64,000 bases of DNA from Eledone cirrhosa. Its lineage: Eukaryota. Shown here piece after piece: positions 15,001 to 30,000 of this stretch. The stretch lies in contig OZ024741.1 of the NCBI GenBank assembly GCA_964016885.1, positions 264,120,001 to 264,184,000 of the forward strand, written 5' to 3'. The translations under genes were made by a program, and so were the position numbers. Each line of letters begins with the position of its first letter. Position 1 is the stretch's first letter. A model generated the notes under the pieces. The model made no database searches. It was not told where the DNA came from and saw only the letters and a list, made by a program, of their open reading frames with translations.

Positions 15001-18000
15001 TACAGACTCAGATCTCCTTTTAACTCTCCAGCCATTGACCAACTGGGACCACCATGGTGTATGAGTTCTGAGCTGGTAATTCACAGACACAGCTCTCCTT
15101 ATAACTCTCCAGCTATTGACCAACTGGGACCACCATGGTATATAAGTTCTGAGCTGGTATTTTACAGACACAGATCTCTTTTTAACTCTCCAGCCATTGA
15201 CCAACTGGAACCACCATGATGTATGAGTACTGAGCTGGTATTTACAGACTCAGATCTCCTTTTAACTTTCCAGCTATTGATCACCCAACTGGGAACTCCA
15301 TGGTATATGAGTTCTGAGCTGGTATTTTACAGACACAGATATGCTTTTAACTCTCCAGCCATTGACCAACTGGGACCACGATGGTATAAGAATTCTGAGC
15401 TGGTATTTTACAGACACAGATCTCCTTTTACCTCTCCAGCCACTGACCAACTGGGACCACCATGGTGTATGAGTTCTTAGCTGGTATTTTACAGACAGAT
15501 ATCCTTTTAACTCTCCAGCCATTGACCAACTGGGACCACCATGATGTATGAGTACTGAGCTGGTATTTTACAGACTTAGAGCTCCTTTTAACTCTCCAGC
15601 TATTGACCAACTGGGACCTCCGTGGTATATGAGTTCTGAGCTGGTATTTTACAGACACAGATCTCCTTTTAACTCTCCAGCCATTGACCAACTGGGACCA
15701 CCATGGTATATGAGTTCTGAGCTGGTATCTTACAGACACAGATCTCCTTTTAACTCTCCAGCCATTGACCAACAGGGACCACCATGGTGTATGAGTTCTG
15801 AGGTGGTATTTTACAGACACAGATCTCCTTTTAACTCTCCTGCCATTGGCCAACTGGGACCACCATGGTATATGAGTTCTGAGCTGGTATTTTACAGACA
15901 CAGATCTCCTTTTAACTCTCCAGCTATTGACCAACTGGGACCTCCATGGTGTATGAGTTCAGAGCTGGTATTTTACAGACACAGATCTCCTTTTAACTCT
16001 CCAGCCATTGACCAACTGGGACCACCATGATGTATGAGTACTGAGCTGGTATTTTACAGACTCAGAGCTCCTTTTAACTCTCCAGCTATTGACCAACTGG
16101 GACCACCATGGTATATAAGTTCTGAGCTGGTATTTTACAGACACAGATCTCCTTTTAACTCTCCAGCCATTGACCAACTGGGACCACCATGGTGTATGAG
16201 TACTGAGGTGGTATTTTAGAGGCACATATCTCCTTTTAACTCTCCAGCCATTGACCAACTGGGACCACCATGATGTATGAGTACTGAGCTGGTATTTTAC
16301 AGACTCAGATCTCCTTTTAATTTTCCAGCTATTGACCAACTGGGAACTCCATGGTATATGAGTTCTGAGCTGGTATTTTACAGACACAGATATGCTTTTA
16401 ACTCTCCAGCCGTTGACCAACTGGGACCCCGATGGTATAAGAATTCTGAGCTGGTATTTTACAGACACAGATCTCCTTTTACCTCTCCAGCTATTGACCA
16501 ACTGGGACCTCCATGGCATATGAGTACTGAGCTGGTATTTACAGACTCAGATCTCCTTTTAACTTTCCAGCTATTGATCACCCAACTGGGAACTCCATGG
16601 TATATGAGTTCTGAGATGGTATTTTACAGACACAGAGCTCCTTTTAACTCTCCAGCTATTGACCAACTGTGACCTCCGTGGTATATGAGTTCTGAGCTGG
16701 TATTTTACAGACACAGATCTCCTTTTAACTCTCCAGCCATTGACCAACTGGGACCACCATGGTATATGAGTTCTGAGCTGGTATCTTACAGACACAGATC
16801 TCCTTTTAACTCTCCAGCCATTGACCAACAGGGACCACCATGGTGTATGAGTACTGAGGTGGTATTTTACAAACACAGATCTCGTTTTAACTCTCCAGCT
16901 ATTGACCAACTGGGACCTCCATGGTGTATGAATACTGAGCTGGTATTTTACAGACTCAGATCTCCTTTTAACTCTCCAGCTATTGACCAAATGGGACCTC
17001 CATGGTATATGATTTCTGAGCTTGTATTTTACAGACACAGATCTCCTTTTAACTCTCCAGCAATTGACCAACTGGGACCACCATTGTGTATGAGTAATGA
17101 GGTGGTATTTTACAGAAACAGATCTCCTTTTAACTCTTCAGCTATTGACCAAATGTCACCTCCATGGTATATGAGTTCTGAGCTGGTATTTTACAGACAC
17201 AGATCTCCCTTTAACTCTCCAGCAATTGACCAACTGGGACCACCATTGTGTATGAGTACTGAGCTGGTATTTTACAGACACAGATCTCCTTTTAACTCTC
17301 CAGCTATTGACCAACTGGGACCTCCATGGTATATGAGTTCTGAGCTGGTATCTTACAGACACAGATCTCCTTTTAACTCTCCAGCTATTGACCAACTGGG
17401 ACCACCATGGTGTATGAGTACTTTGCTGGTATTTTACAGACACAGATCTCCTTTTAACTCTCCAGCTATTGACCAACAGGGACCACCATGATGTATGAGT
17501 ACTGAGCTGGTATTTTACAGACTCAGAGCTCCTTTTAACTCTCCAGCTATTGACCAACTGGGACCACCATGGTATATAAGTTCTGAGCTGGTATTTTACA
17601 GACACAGATCTCCTTATAACTCTCCAGCCATTGACCAACTGGGACCACCATGGTGTATGAGTACTGAGGTGGTATTTTAGAGGCACATATCTCCTTTTAA
17701 CTCTCCAGCCATTGACCAACTGGGACCACCATGATGTATGAGTACTGAGTTGGTATTTTACAGACTCAGATCTCCTTTTAATTTTTCAGCTATTGACCAA
17801 CTGGGAACTCCATTGTATATGAGTTCTGAGCTGGTATTTTACAGACACAGATATGCTTTTAACTCTCCAGCCGTTGACCAACTGGGACCACGATGGTATA
17901 AGAATTCTGAGCTGGTATTTTACAGACACAGATCTCCTTTTACCTCTCCAGCCATTGACCAACTGGGACCTCCATGGTGTATGAGTTCTTAGCTGGTATT

Positions 18001-21000
18001 TTACAGACACAGATATCCTCTTAACTCTCCAGCTATTGACCAACTGGGACCTCCATGGTATACGAGTTCTGAGCTGGTATTTTACAGACACAGATCTCCT
18101 TTTTACTCTCCAGCCATTGACCAACTGGGACCACCATGATGTATGAGTACTGAGCTGGTATTTTACAGACTCAGATCTCCTTTTAACTCTCCAGCCATTG
18201 ACCAACTGGAACCTCCATGGTATATGAGTTCTGATCTGGTATTTTACAGACACAGATCTCCTTTTAACTCTCCAGCCATTGACCAGCTGGGACCTCCAAG
18301 GTATATGAGTTCTGAGCTGGTATCTTACAGACACAGATCTCCTTTTAACTCTCCAGCCATTGACCAACTGGGACCACCATGGTATATGAGTTCTGAGCTG
18401 GTATCTTACAGACACAGATCTCCTTTTAACTCTCCAGCCATTGACCAACTGGGACCACCATGGTGTATGAGTTCTGAGCTGGTAATTCACAGACACAGCT
18501 CTCCTTATAACTCTCCAGCTATTGACCAACTGGGACCACCATGGTATATAAGTTCTGAGCTGGTATTTTACAGACACAGATCTCCTTTTAACTCTCCAGC
18601 CATTGACCAACTGGGACCACCATGATGTATGAGTACTGAGCTGGTATTTACAGACTCAGATCTCCTTTTAACTTTCCAGCTATTGATCACCCAACTGGGA
18701 ACTCCATGGTATATGAGTTCTGAGCTGGTATTTTACAGACACAGATATGCTTTTAACTCTCCAGCCATTGACCAACTGGGACCACGATGGTATAAGAATT
18801 CTGAGCTGGTATTTTACAGACACAGATCTCCTTTTACCTCTCCAGCCACTGACCAACTGGGACCACCATGGTGTATGAGTTCTTAGCTGGTATTTTACAG
18901 ACAGATATCCTTTTAACTCTCCAGCCATTGACCAACTGGGACCACCATGATGTATGAGTACTGAGCTGGTATTTTACAGACTTAGAGCTCCTTTTAACTC
19001 TCCAGCTATTGACCAACTGGGACCTCCGTGGTATATGAGTTCTGAGCTGGTATTTTACAGACACAGATCTCCTTTTAACTCTCCAGCCATTGACCAACTG
19101 GGACCACCATGGTATATGAGTTCTGAGCTGGTATCTTACAGACACAGATCTCCTTTTAACTCTCCAGCCATTGACCAACAGGGACCACCATGGTGTATGA
19201 GTACTGAGGTGGTATTTTACAGACACAGATCTCCTTTTAACTCTCCTGCCATTGGCCAACTGGGACCACCATGGTATATGAGTTCTGAGCTGGTATTTTA
19301 CAGACACAGATCTCCTTTTAACTCTCCAGCTATTGACCAACTGGGACCTCCATGGTGTATGAGTTCAGAGCTGGTATTTTACAGACACAGATCTCCTTTT
19401 AACTCTCCAGCCATTGACCAAATGGGACCACCATGATGTATGAGTACTGAGCTGGTATTTTACAGACTCAGAGCTCCTTTTAACTCTCCAGCTATTGACC
19501 AACTGGGACCACCATGGTATATAAGTTCTGAGCTGGTATTTTACAGACACAGATCTCCTTTTAACTCTCCAGCCATTGACCAATTGGGACCACCATGGTG
19601 TATGAGTACTGAGGTGGTATTTTAGAGGCACATATCTCCTTTTAACTCTCCAGCCATTGACCAACTGGGACCACCATGATGTATGAGTACTGAGCTGGTA
19701 TTTTACAGACTCAGATCTCCTTTTAATTTTCCAGCTATTGACCAACTGGGAACTCCATGGTATATGAGTTCTGAGCTGGTATTTTACAGACACAGATATG
19801 CTTTTAACTCTCCAGCCGTTGACCAACTGGGACCCCGATGGTATAAGAATTCTGAGCTGGTATTTTACAGACACAGATCTCCTTTTACCTCTCCAGCCAT
19901 TGACCAACTGGGACCTCCGTGGTATATGAGTTCTGAGCTGGTATTTTACAGACACAGATCTCCTTTTAACTCTCCAGCCATTGACCAACAGGGACCACCA
20001 TGGTGTATGAGTATTGAGGTGGTATTTTACAAACACAGATCTCATTTTAACTCTCCAGCCATTGACCAACAGGGACCACCATTGTGTATGAGTACTGAGG
20101 TGTTATTTTACAGACACAGATCTCCTTTTAACTCTCCAGCCATTGACCAACTGGGACCTCCAAGGTGTATGAATACTGAGCTGGTATTTTACAGACTCAG
20201 ATCTCCTTTTAACTCTCCAGCCATTGACCAAATGGGAACACCATGATGTATGATTACTGAGCTGGTATTTTACAGACTCAGATCTCCTTTTAACTCTCCA
20301 GCTATTGACCAACTGGGACCTCCATGGTATATGAGTTCTGATCTGGTATTTTACAGACACAGATCTCCTTTTAACTCTCCAGCCATTGACCAACTGGGAC
20401 CACCATGGTATATGAGTTCTGAGCTGGTATTTTACAGACACAGATCTCCTTTTAACTCTCCAGCTATTGACCAACTGGGACCTCCATGGTATACGAGTTC
20501 TGAGCTGGTATTTTACAGACACAGATATCCTTTTTACTCTCCAGCCAATGACCAACTGGGACCACCATGATGTATGAGTACTGAGCTGGTATTTTACAGA
20601 CTCAGATCTCCTTTTAACTCTCCAGCCATTGACCAACTGGGACCTCCATGGTATATGAGTTCTGATCTGGTATTTTACAGACACAGATCTCCTTTTAACT
20701 CTCCGGCCATTGACCAGCTGGGACCTCCAAGGTATATGAGTTCTGAGCTGGTATCTTACAGACACAGATCTCCTTTTAACTCTCCAGCCATTGACCAACT
20801 GGGACCACCATGGTGTATGAGTTCTGAGCTGGTTATTCACAGACACAGCTCTCCTTTTAACTCTGCAGCTATTGACCAACTGGGACCTCCATGGTATATG
20901 AGTACTGAGGTGGTATTTTAAAGACACAGATCTCCTTTTAACTCTCCAGCTATTGACCACGTGGGACCTCCATGGTGTATGAGTTCTGAGCTGGTAATTT

Positions 21001-24000
21001 ACAGATACAGATTTCCTTTTTACTCTCCAGCCATTGACCAACTGGGACCACCATGGTACATGAGTTCTGAGCTGGTATTTTACAGACACAGATCTCCTTT
21101 TTACTCTCCAGCCATTGACCAACTGGGACCACCATGATGTATGAGTACTGAGCTGGTATCTTACAGACACAGCTCTCCTTTTAACTCTCCAGCTATTGAC
21201 CAACTGGGACCACCATGGTGTATGAATACTGAGGTGGTATTTTACAGACACAGATCTCCTTTTAACTCTCCAGCTATTGACCATGTGGGAGCTCCATGGT
21301 ACATAAGTTCTGAGCTGGTATTTTACAGACACAGATCTTTTTTTAACTCTCCAGCCATTGACCAACTGGGACCACCATGATGTATGAGTACTGAGCTGGT
21401 ATTTTACAGACACAGCTCTCATTTTAACTATCCAGGTATTGACCAACTGGGACCACAATGATGTATCCGTACTGAGTTGGTATTTTACAGACTCAGATCT
21501 CCTTTTAACTCTCCAGCCATTGACCAACTGGGACCACCATGATGTATGAGTATTGAGCTGGTATCTTACAGACACAGCTCTCCTTTTAACTCTCCAGCTA
21601 TTGACCAACTGTGACCTCCATGGTATATGAGTTCTGAGCTGGTATTTTAAAGACACAGATCTCCTTTTAACTCTCCAGCCATTGAACAACTGGGACCACC
21701 TTGGTATATGAGTTCTGAGTTGGTATTTTACAGACACATATCTACTTTTAACTATCCAGCTATTGACCAACTGGGACCTCCATGGTGTATGAGTAGTGAG
21801 CTGGTATTTTACAGACACAGATCTCCTTTTAACTCTCCAGCTATTGACCATCTGGGACCACCATGGTGTATGAGTACTGAACAGGTATTTTACAGACACA
21901 GATCTCCTCTTAACTCTCCAGCCATTGACCAACTGGGACCTCCATGGTGTATGAGTTCTGAGCTGGTATTTTAAAGACACAGATCCCCATTAAACTCTCC
22001 AGCCATTGACCAACTGGGAACACCATGATGTACGAGTACTGAGCTGGTATTTTACAGACACAGATCTGCTTTTAACTCTCCAGCTATTGACCAACTGGGA
22101 CCTCCATGGTGTTTTAGTTCTGAGATGGTATTTTACAGACACAGATCTCCTTTTAACTCTCCAGCCATTGACCAACTGGGAACACCATGATGTACGAGTA
22201 CTGAGCTGGTATTTTACAGACACAGATCTCCTTTTAACTATCCAGCTATTGACCAACTGGGACCTCCATGGTATATGAGTTCTGAGCTTGTATTTTACAG
22301 ACACAGATCTCCTTTTAACTCTCCAGCCATTGACCAACTGGGGGGACCACCATGATGTATGAGTACTGAGCTGGTATTTTACAGACTCAGATCTCCTTTT
22401 AACTCTACAGCTATTGACCAACAGGGACCTCCATGGTATATGAGTTCTGAGCTGGTATTTTACAGACACAGATCTCCATTTAACTCTCCAGCCATTGACC
22501 AACTGGGACCACCTTGGTGTATGAGTTCTGAGCTGGTATTTTACAGACACAGATCTGCTTTTAACTCTCCAGCTATTGACCAACTGGGACCTCCATGGTG
22601 TTTTAGTTTTGAGGTGGTATTTTACAGACACAGATCTACTTTTAACTCACCAGCCATTGACCAACTGGGACCACCATGATGTATGAGTACTGAGGTGCTA
22701 TATTACAGACACAGATCTACTTTTAACTCACCAGCCATTGACCAACTGGGACCACCATGATGTATGAGTACTGAGGTGCTATTTTACAGACACAGATCTC
22801 CATTTACCTCTCCAGCCATTGACCAACTGGGACCTCCATGGTATATGAGTTCTGAGCTGGTATTTTACAGACACATATCTCCTTTTAACTCTCCAGCCAT
22901 TGGCCAACTGGGACCACCATGGTATATGAGTTCTGAGCTGGTATTTTACAGACACAGCTCTCATTTTAACTCTCCAGCCATTGACCAACTGGGATCGCCA
23001 TGGTATATGAGTTCTGAGCTGGTATTTTAAAGACACAGATCTCCTTTAAACTCTCCAGCCATTGACCAACTGGGACCTCCATGACGTATGAGTTCTTAGC
23101 TGGTATTTTAGAGACACAGATATACTTTTAACTGTGCAGCCATTGACCAACTGGGACCACCATGATGTATGAGTACTGAGCTGGTATTTTACAGACTCAG
23201 AGCTCCTTTTAACTCTCCAGCCATTAACCAACTGGGACCACCATGGTATATGAGTTCTGAGCTGGTATCTTACAGACACAGATCTCCTTTTAACTCTCCA
23301 GCCATTGATCAATTGGGACCTCCATGGTGTATGAGTTCTGAGCTGATAATTTACAGATACAGATCTCCTTTTAACTCTCCAGCTATTGACCAACTGGGAC
23401 CACCATGATGTATGAGTACTGAGCTGGTATTTTACAGACTCAGACCTCCTTTTACCTCTCCAGCCATTGACCAACTGGGACCTCCATGGTGTATGAGTTC
23501 TTAGCTGGTATTTTAGAGACACAGATATACTTTTAACTCTCCAGACATTGACCAACTGGGACCACCATGATGTATGAGTACTGAGCTGGTATTTTACAGA
23601 CTCAGAGCTCCTTTTAACTCTCCAGCTATTGACCAACTGGGACCTCCGTGGTATATGAGTTCTGAGCTGGTATTTTACAGACACAGATCTCCTTTTAACT
23701 CTCCAGCCATTGACCAACTGGGACCACCATGGTATATGAGTTCTGAGCTGGTATCTTACAGACACAGATCTCCTTTTAACTCTCCAGCCATTGACCAACA
23801 GGGACCACCATGTTGTATGAGTACTGAGGTGGTATTTTACAAACACAGATCTCATTTTAACTCTCCAGCCATTGACCAACAGGGACCACCATTGTGTATG
23901 AGTACTGAGGTGTTATTTTACAGATACAGATCTCCTTTTAACTCTCCAGCCATTGACCAACAGGGACCACCATTGTGTATGAGTACTGAGCTGGTATTTT

Positions 24001-27000
24001 ACAGACTCAGATCTCCTTTTAACTCTCCAGCTATTGACCAACTGAGACCTCCATGGTATATGAGTTCTGAGCTAGTATTTTACAGACACAGATCTCCTTT
24101 TAACTCTCCAGCCATTGACCAGCTGGGACCTCCAAGTTATATGAGTTCTGATCTGGTATTTTACAGACACAGATCTCCTTTTAACTCTCCAGCCATTGAC
24201 CAACTGGGACCTCCATGGTATATGAGTTCTGATCTGGTATTTTACAGACACAGATCTCCTTTTAACTCTCCAGCCATTGACCAACTGGGACCACCATGGT
24301 GTATGAGTACTGAGCTGGTATTTTACAGACACAGATCTCCCTTTAACTCTCCAGCCATTGACCAACTGGGACCACCATGGTGTATGAGTTCTGAGCTGGT
24401 AATTTACAGACACAGATCTCCTTTTAACTCTGCAGCTAATGACCAACTAAGACCACCATGGTGTATGAGTTCTGAGCTGGTAATTTACAGATACAGATTT
24501 CTTTTTAACTCTCCAGCTATTGACCAACTGGGACCACCATGATGTATGGGTACTGAGCTGGTATTTTACAGACTCAGATCTCCTTTTAACTCTCCAGCTA
24601 TTGACTAACATGGACCTCCATGGTATATGAGTACTGAGGTGGTATTTTAAAGACACAGATCTCCTTTTAACTCTACAGCTATTGACCAAGTGGGACCTCC
24701 AAGGTGTATGAATACTGAGCTGGTATTTTACAGAGTCAGATCTCCTTTTAACTCTCCAGCCATTGACCAAATTGGGACCACCATGATGTATGAGTACTGA
24801 GCTGGTATTTTACAGACTCAGATCTCCTTTTAACTCTCCAGCTATTGACCAACTGGGACCTCCATGGTATATGAGTTCTGAGCTAGTATTTTACAGACAC
24901 AGATCTCCTTTTAACTCTCCAGCCATTGACCAGCTGGGACCTCCAAGGTATATGAGTTCTGATCTGGTATTTTACAGACACAGATCTCCTTTTAACTCTC
25001 CAGCCATTGACCAACTGGGACCACCATGGTATATGAGTTCTGAGCTGGTATCTTACAGACACAGATCTCCTTTTAACTCTGCAGCTATTGACCAACTGGG
25101 ACCACCATGATGTATGAGTACTGAGCTGGTATCTTACAGACACAGCTCTCCTTTTAACTCTCCAGCTATTGACCTACTGGGACCTCCATGGTATATGAGT
25201 ACTGAGGTGGTATTTTACAGACACACATCTCCTTTTAACTCTCCAGCCTTTGACCAAGTGGGAGCTCCATGGTACATAAGTTCTGAGCTGGTATTTTACA
25301 GACACAGATCTCCTTTTAACTCTCCAGCCATTGACCAACTGGGACCACCATGATGTATGAGTACTGAGCTGGTATTTTACAGACACAGCTCTCATTTTAA
25401 CTATCCAGCTATTGACCAACTGGGACCTCCATGGTATATGAGTTCTGAGCTGGTATTTTACAGACACAGCTCTCCTTTTAACTCTCCAGCTATTGACCAA
25501 CTGGGACCACCATGATGTATCAGTACTGAGCTGGTATTTTACAGATACAGATCTCCTTTTAACTCTCCAGCTATTGACCAACTGGGACCTCCATGTTATA
25601 TGAGTTCTGAGCTGGTATTTTAAAGACACAGATCTCCTTTTAACTCTCCAGCCATTGAACAACTGGGACCACCTTGGTATATGAGTTCTGAGTTGGTATT
25701 TTACAGAGACATATCTACTTTTAACTATCCAGCTATTGACCAACTGGAACCTCCATGGTGTATGAGTTCTGAGCTGGTATTTTACAGACTCAGATCTCCT
25801 TTTAACTCTCCAGCTATTGACCAACTGGGACCTCCATGGTATATGAGTTCTGAGCTAGTATTTTACAGACACAGATCTCCTTTTAACTCTCCAGCCATTG
25901 ACCAACTGGGAACTCCGTGGTATATGAGTTCTGCGCCGGTATTTTACAGACACAGATCTCCTTTTAACTCTCCAGCCATTAACCAACTGGGACCACCATG
26001 GTATATGAGTTCTGAGCTGGTATCTTACAGACACAGATCTCCTTTTAACTCTCCAGCCATTGATCAATTGGGACCTCCATGGTGTATGAGTTCTGAGCTG
26101 GTAATTTACAGATACAGATCTCCTTTTAACTCTCCAGCTATTGACCAACTGGGACCACCATGATGTATGAGTACTGAGCTGGTATTTTACAGACTCAGAC
26201 CTCCTTTTACCTCTCCAGCCATTGACCAACTGGGACCTCCATGGTGTATGAGTTCTTAGCTGGTATTTTAGAGACACAGATATACTTTTAACTCTCCAGC
26301 CATTGACCAACTGGGACCACCATGATGTATGAGTACTGAGCTGGTATTTTACGGACTCAGAGCTCCTTTTAACTCTCCAGCTATTGACCAACTGGGACCT
26401 CCGTGGTATATGAGTTCTGAGCTGGTATTTTACAGACACAGATCTCCTTTTAACTCTCCAGCCATTGACCAACTGGGACCACCATGGTATATGAGTTCTG
26501 AGCTGGTATCTTACAGACACAGATCTCCTTATAACTCTCCAGCCATTGACCAACAGGGACCACCATGGTGTATGAGTACTGAGGTGGTATTTTACAAACA
26601 CAGATCTCATTTTAACTCTCCAGCCATTGACCAACAGGGACCACCATTGTGTATGAGTACTGAGGTGTTATTTTACAGATACAGATCTCCTTTTAACTCT
26701 CCAGCCATTGACCAACAGGGACCACCATTGTGTATGAGTACTGAGGTGTTATTTTACAGACACAGATCTCCTTTTAACTCTCCAGCTATTGACCAACTAA
26801 GACCAACATGGTGTATGAGTTCTGAGCTGGTAATTTACATATACAGATTTCTTTTTAACTATCCAGCTATTGACCAACTGGGACCACCATGATGTATGGG
26901 TACTGAGCTGGTATTTTACAGACTCAGATCTCCTTTTAACTCTCCAGCTATTGACTTACATGGACCGCCATGGTATATGAGTACTGAGGTGGTATTTTAA

Positions 27001-30000
27001 AGACACAGATCTCCTTTTAACTCTCCAGCTATTGACCAACTGGGACCTCCAAGGTGTATGAATACTGAGCTGGTATTTTACAGAGTCAGATCTCCTTTTA
27101 ACTCTCCAGCCATTCACCAAATTGGGACCACCATGATGTATGAGTACTGAGCTGGTATTTTACAGACTCAGATCTCCTTTTATCTCTCCAGCTATTGACC
27201 AACTGGGACCTCCATGGTATATGAGTTCTGAGCTAGTATTTTACAGACACAGATCTCCTTTTAACTCTCCAGCCATTGACCAGCTGGGACCTCCAAGGTA
27301 TATGAGTTCTGATCTGGTATTTTACAGACACAGATCTCCTTTTAACTCTCCAGCCATTGACCAACTGGGACCACCATGGTATATGAGTACTGAGCTGGTA
27401 TTTTACAGACGCAGATCTCCCTTTAACTCTCCAGCCATTGACCAACTGGGACCACCATGGTGTATGAGTTCTGAGCTGGTAATTTACAGACACAGATCCC
27501 CTTTTAACTCTGCAGCTAATGACCAACTAAGACCACCATGGTGTATGAGTTCTCAGCTGGTAATTTACAGATACAGATTTCTTTTTAACTCTCCAGCTAT
27601 TGACCAACTGGGACCACCATGGTACATGAGTTCTGAGCTGGTATTTTACAGATACAGATTTCCTTTTAACTCTCCAGCCATTGACCAACTGGGACCACCA
27701 TGATGTATGAGTACTGAGCTGGTATCTTACAGACACAGCTCTCCTTTTAACTCTCCAGCTATTGACCAACTGGGACCACCATGATGTATGGGTACTGAGC
27801 TGGTATTTTACAGACTCAGATCTCCTTTTAACTCTCCAGCTATTGACTAACATGGACCTTCATGGTATATGAGTACTGAGGTGGTATTTTAAAGACACAG
27901 ATCTCCTTTTAACTCTACAGCTATTGACCAAGTGGGACCTACATGGTGTATGAGTTCTGAGCTGGTAATTTACAGATACAGATTTCCTTTTAACTCTCCA
28001 GCCATTGACCAACTGGGACCACCATGGTACATGAGTTCTGAGCTGGTATTTTACAGACACAGCTCTGCTTTTAACTCTCCAGCTATTGACCAACTGGGAC
28101 CACCATGGTGTATGAATACTGTGGTGGTATTTTACAGACACAGATCTCCTTTTAACTCTCCAGCTATTGACTAACATGGACCTCCATGGTATATGAGTAC
28201 TGAGGTGGTATTTTAAAGACACAGATCTCCTTTTAACTCTACAGCTATTGACCAAGTGGGACCTCCATGGTGTATGAGTTCTGAGCTGGTAATTTACAGA
28301 TACAGATTTCCTTTTAACTCTCCAGCCATTGACCAACTGGGACCACCATGATGTATGAGTACTGAGCTGGTATCTTACAGACACAGCTCTCCTTTTAACT
28401 CTCCAGCTATTGACCAACTGGGACCACCATGGTGTATGAATACTGTGGTGGTATTTTACAGACACTGATCTCCTTTTAACTCTCCAGCTATTGACCATGT
28501 GGGACCCCATGATGTATGAGTACTGAGCTGGTATTTTACAGACTCAGATCTCCTTTTAACTCGCCAGCTATTGACCTACTGGGACCTCCATGATATATGA
28601 GTACTGAGGTGGTATTTTACAGACACACATCTCCTTTTAACTCTCCAGCCTTTGACCAAGTGGGAGCTCCATGGTACATAAGTTCTGAGCTGGTATTTTA
28701 CAGACACAGATCTCCTTTTAACTCTCCAGCCATTGACCAACTGGGACCACCATGATGTATGAGTACTGAGCTGCTATTTTACAGACACAGCTCTCATTTT
28801 AACTATCCAGCTATTGACCAACTGGGACCTCCATGGTATATGAGTTCTGAGCTGGTATTTTACAGACACAGCTCTACTTTTAACTCTCCAGCCATTGACC
28901 AACTGGGACCACCATGGTATATGAGTTCTGAGCTGGTTTCTTACAGACACAGATCTCCTTTTAACTCTCCAGCCATTGACCAACTGGGACCACCATGGTG
29001 TATGAGTACTGAGCTGGTATTTTACAGACACAGATCTCCCTTTAACTCTCCAGCCATTGACCAACTGGGACCACCATGGTGTATGAGTTCTGAGCTGGTA
29101 ATTTACAGACACAGATCTCCTTTTAACTCTGCAGCTAATGAACAACTAAGACCACCATGGTGTATGAGTTCTCAGCTGGTAATTTACAGATACAGATTTC
29201 TTTTTAACTCTCCAGCTATTGACCAACTGGGACCACCATGATGTATGGGTACTGAGCTGGTATTTTACAGACTCAGATCTCCTTTTAACTCTCCAGCTAT
29301 TGACTAACATGGACCTTCATGGTATATGAGTACTGAGGTGGTATTTTAAAGACACAGATCTCCTTTTAACTCTACAGCTATTGACCAAGTGGGACCTACA
29401 TGGTGTATGAGTTCTGAGCTGGTAATTTACAGATACAGATTTCCTTTTAACTCTCCAGCCATTGACCAACTGGGACCACCATGGTACATGAGTTCTGAGC
29501 TGGTATTTTACAGACACAGCTCTGCTTTTAACTCTCCAGCTATTGACCAACTGGGACCACCATGGTGTATGAATACTGTGGTGGTATTTTACAGACACAG
29601 ATCTCCTTTTAACTCTCCAGCTATTGACTAACATGGACCTCCATGGTATATGAGTACTGAGGTGGTATTTTAAAGACACAGATCTCCTTTTAACTCTACA
29701 GCTATTGACCAAGTGGGACCTCCATGGTGTATGAGTTCTGAGCTGGTAATTTACAGATACAGATTTCCTTTTAACTCTCCAGCCATTGACCAACTGGGAC
29801 CACCATGATGTATGAGTACTGAGCTGGTATCTTACAGACACAGCTCTCCTTTTAACTCTCCAGCTATTGACCAACTGGGACCACCATGGTGTATGAATAC
29901 TGTGGTGGTATTTTACAGACACTGATCTCCTTTTAACTCTCCAGCTATTGACCATGTGGGACCCCATGATGTATGAGTACTGAGCTGGTATTTTACAGAC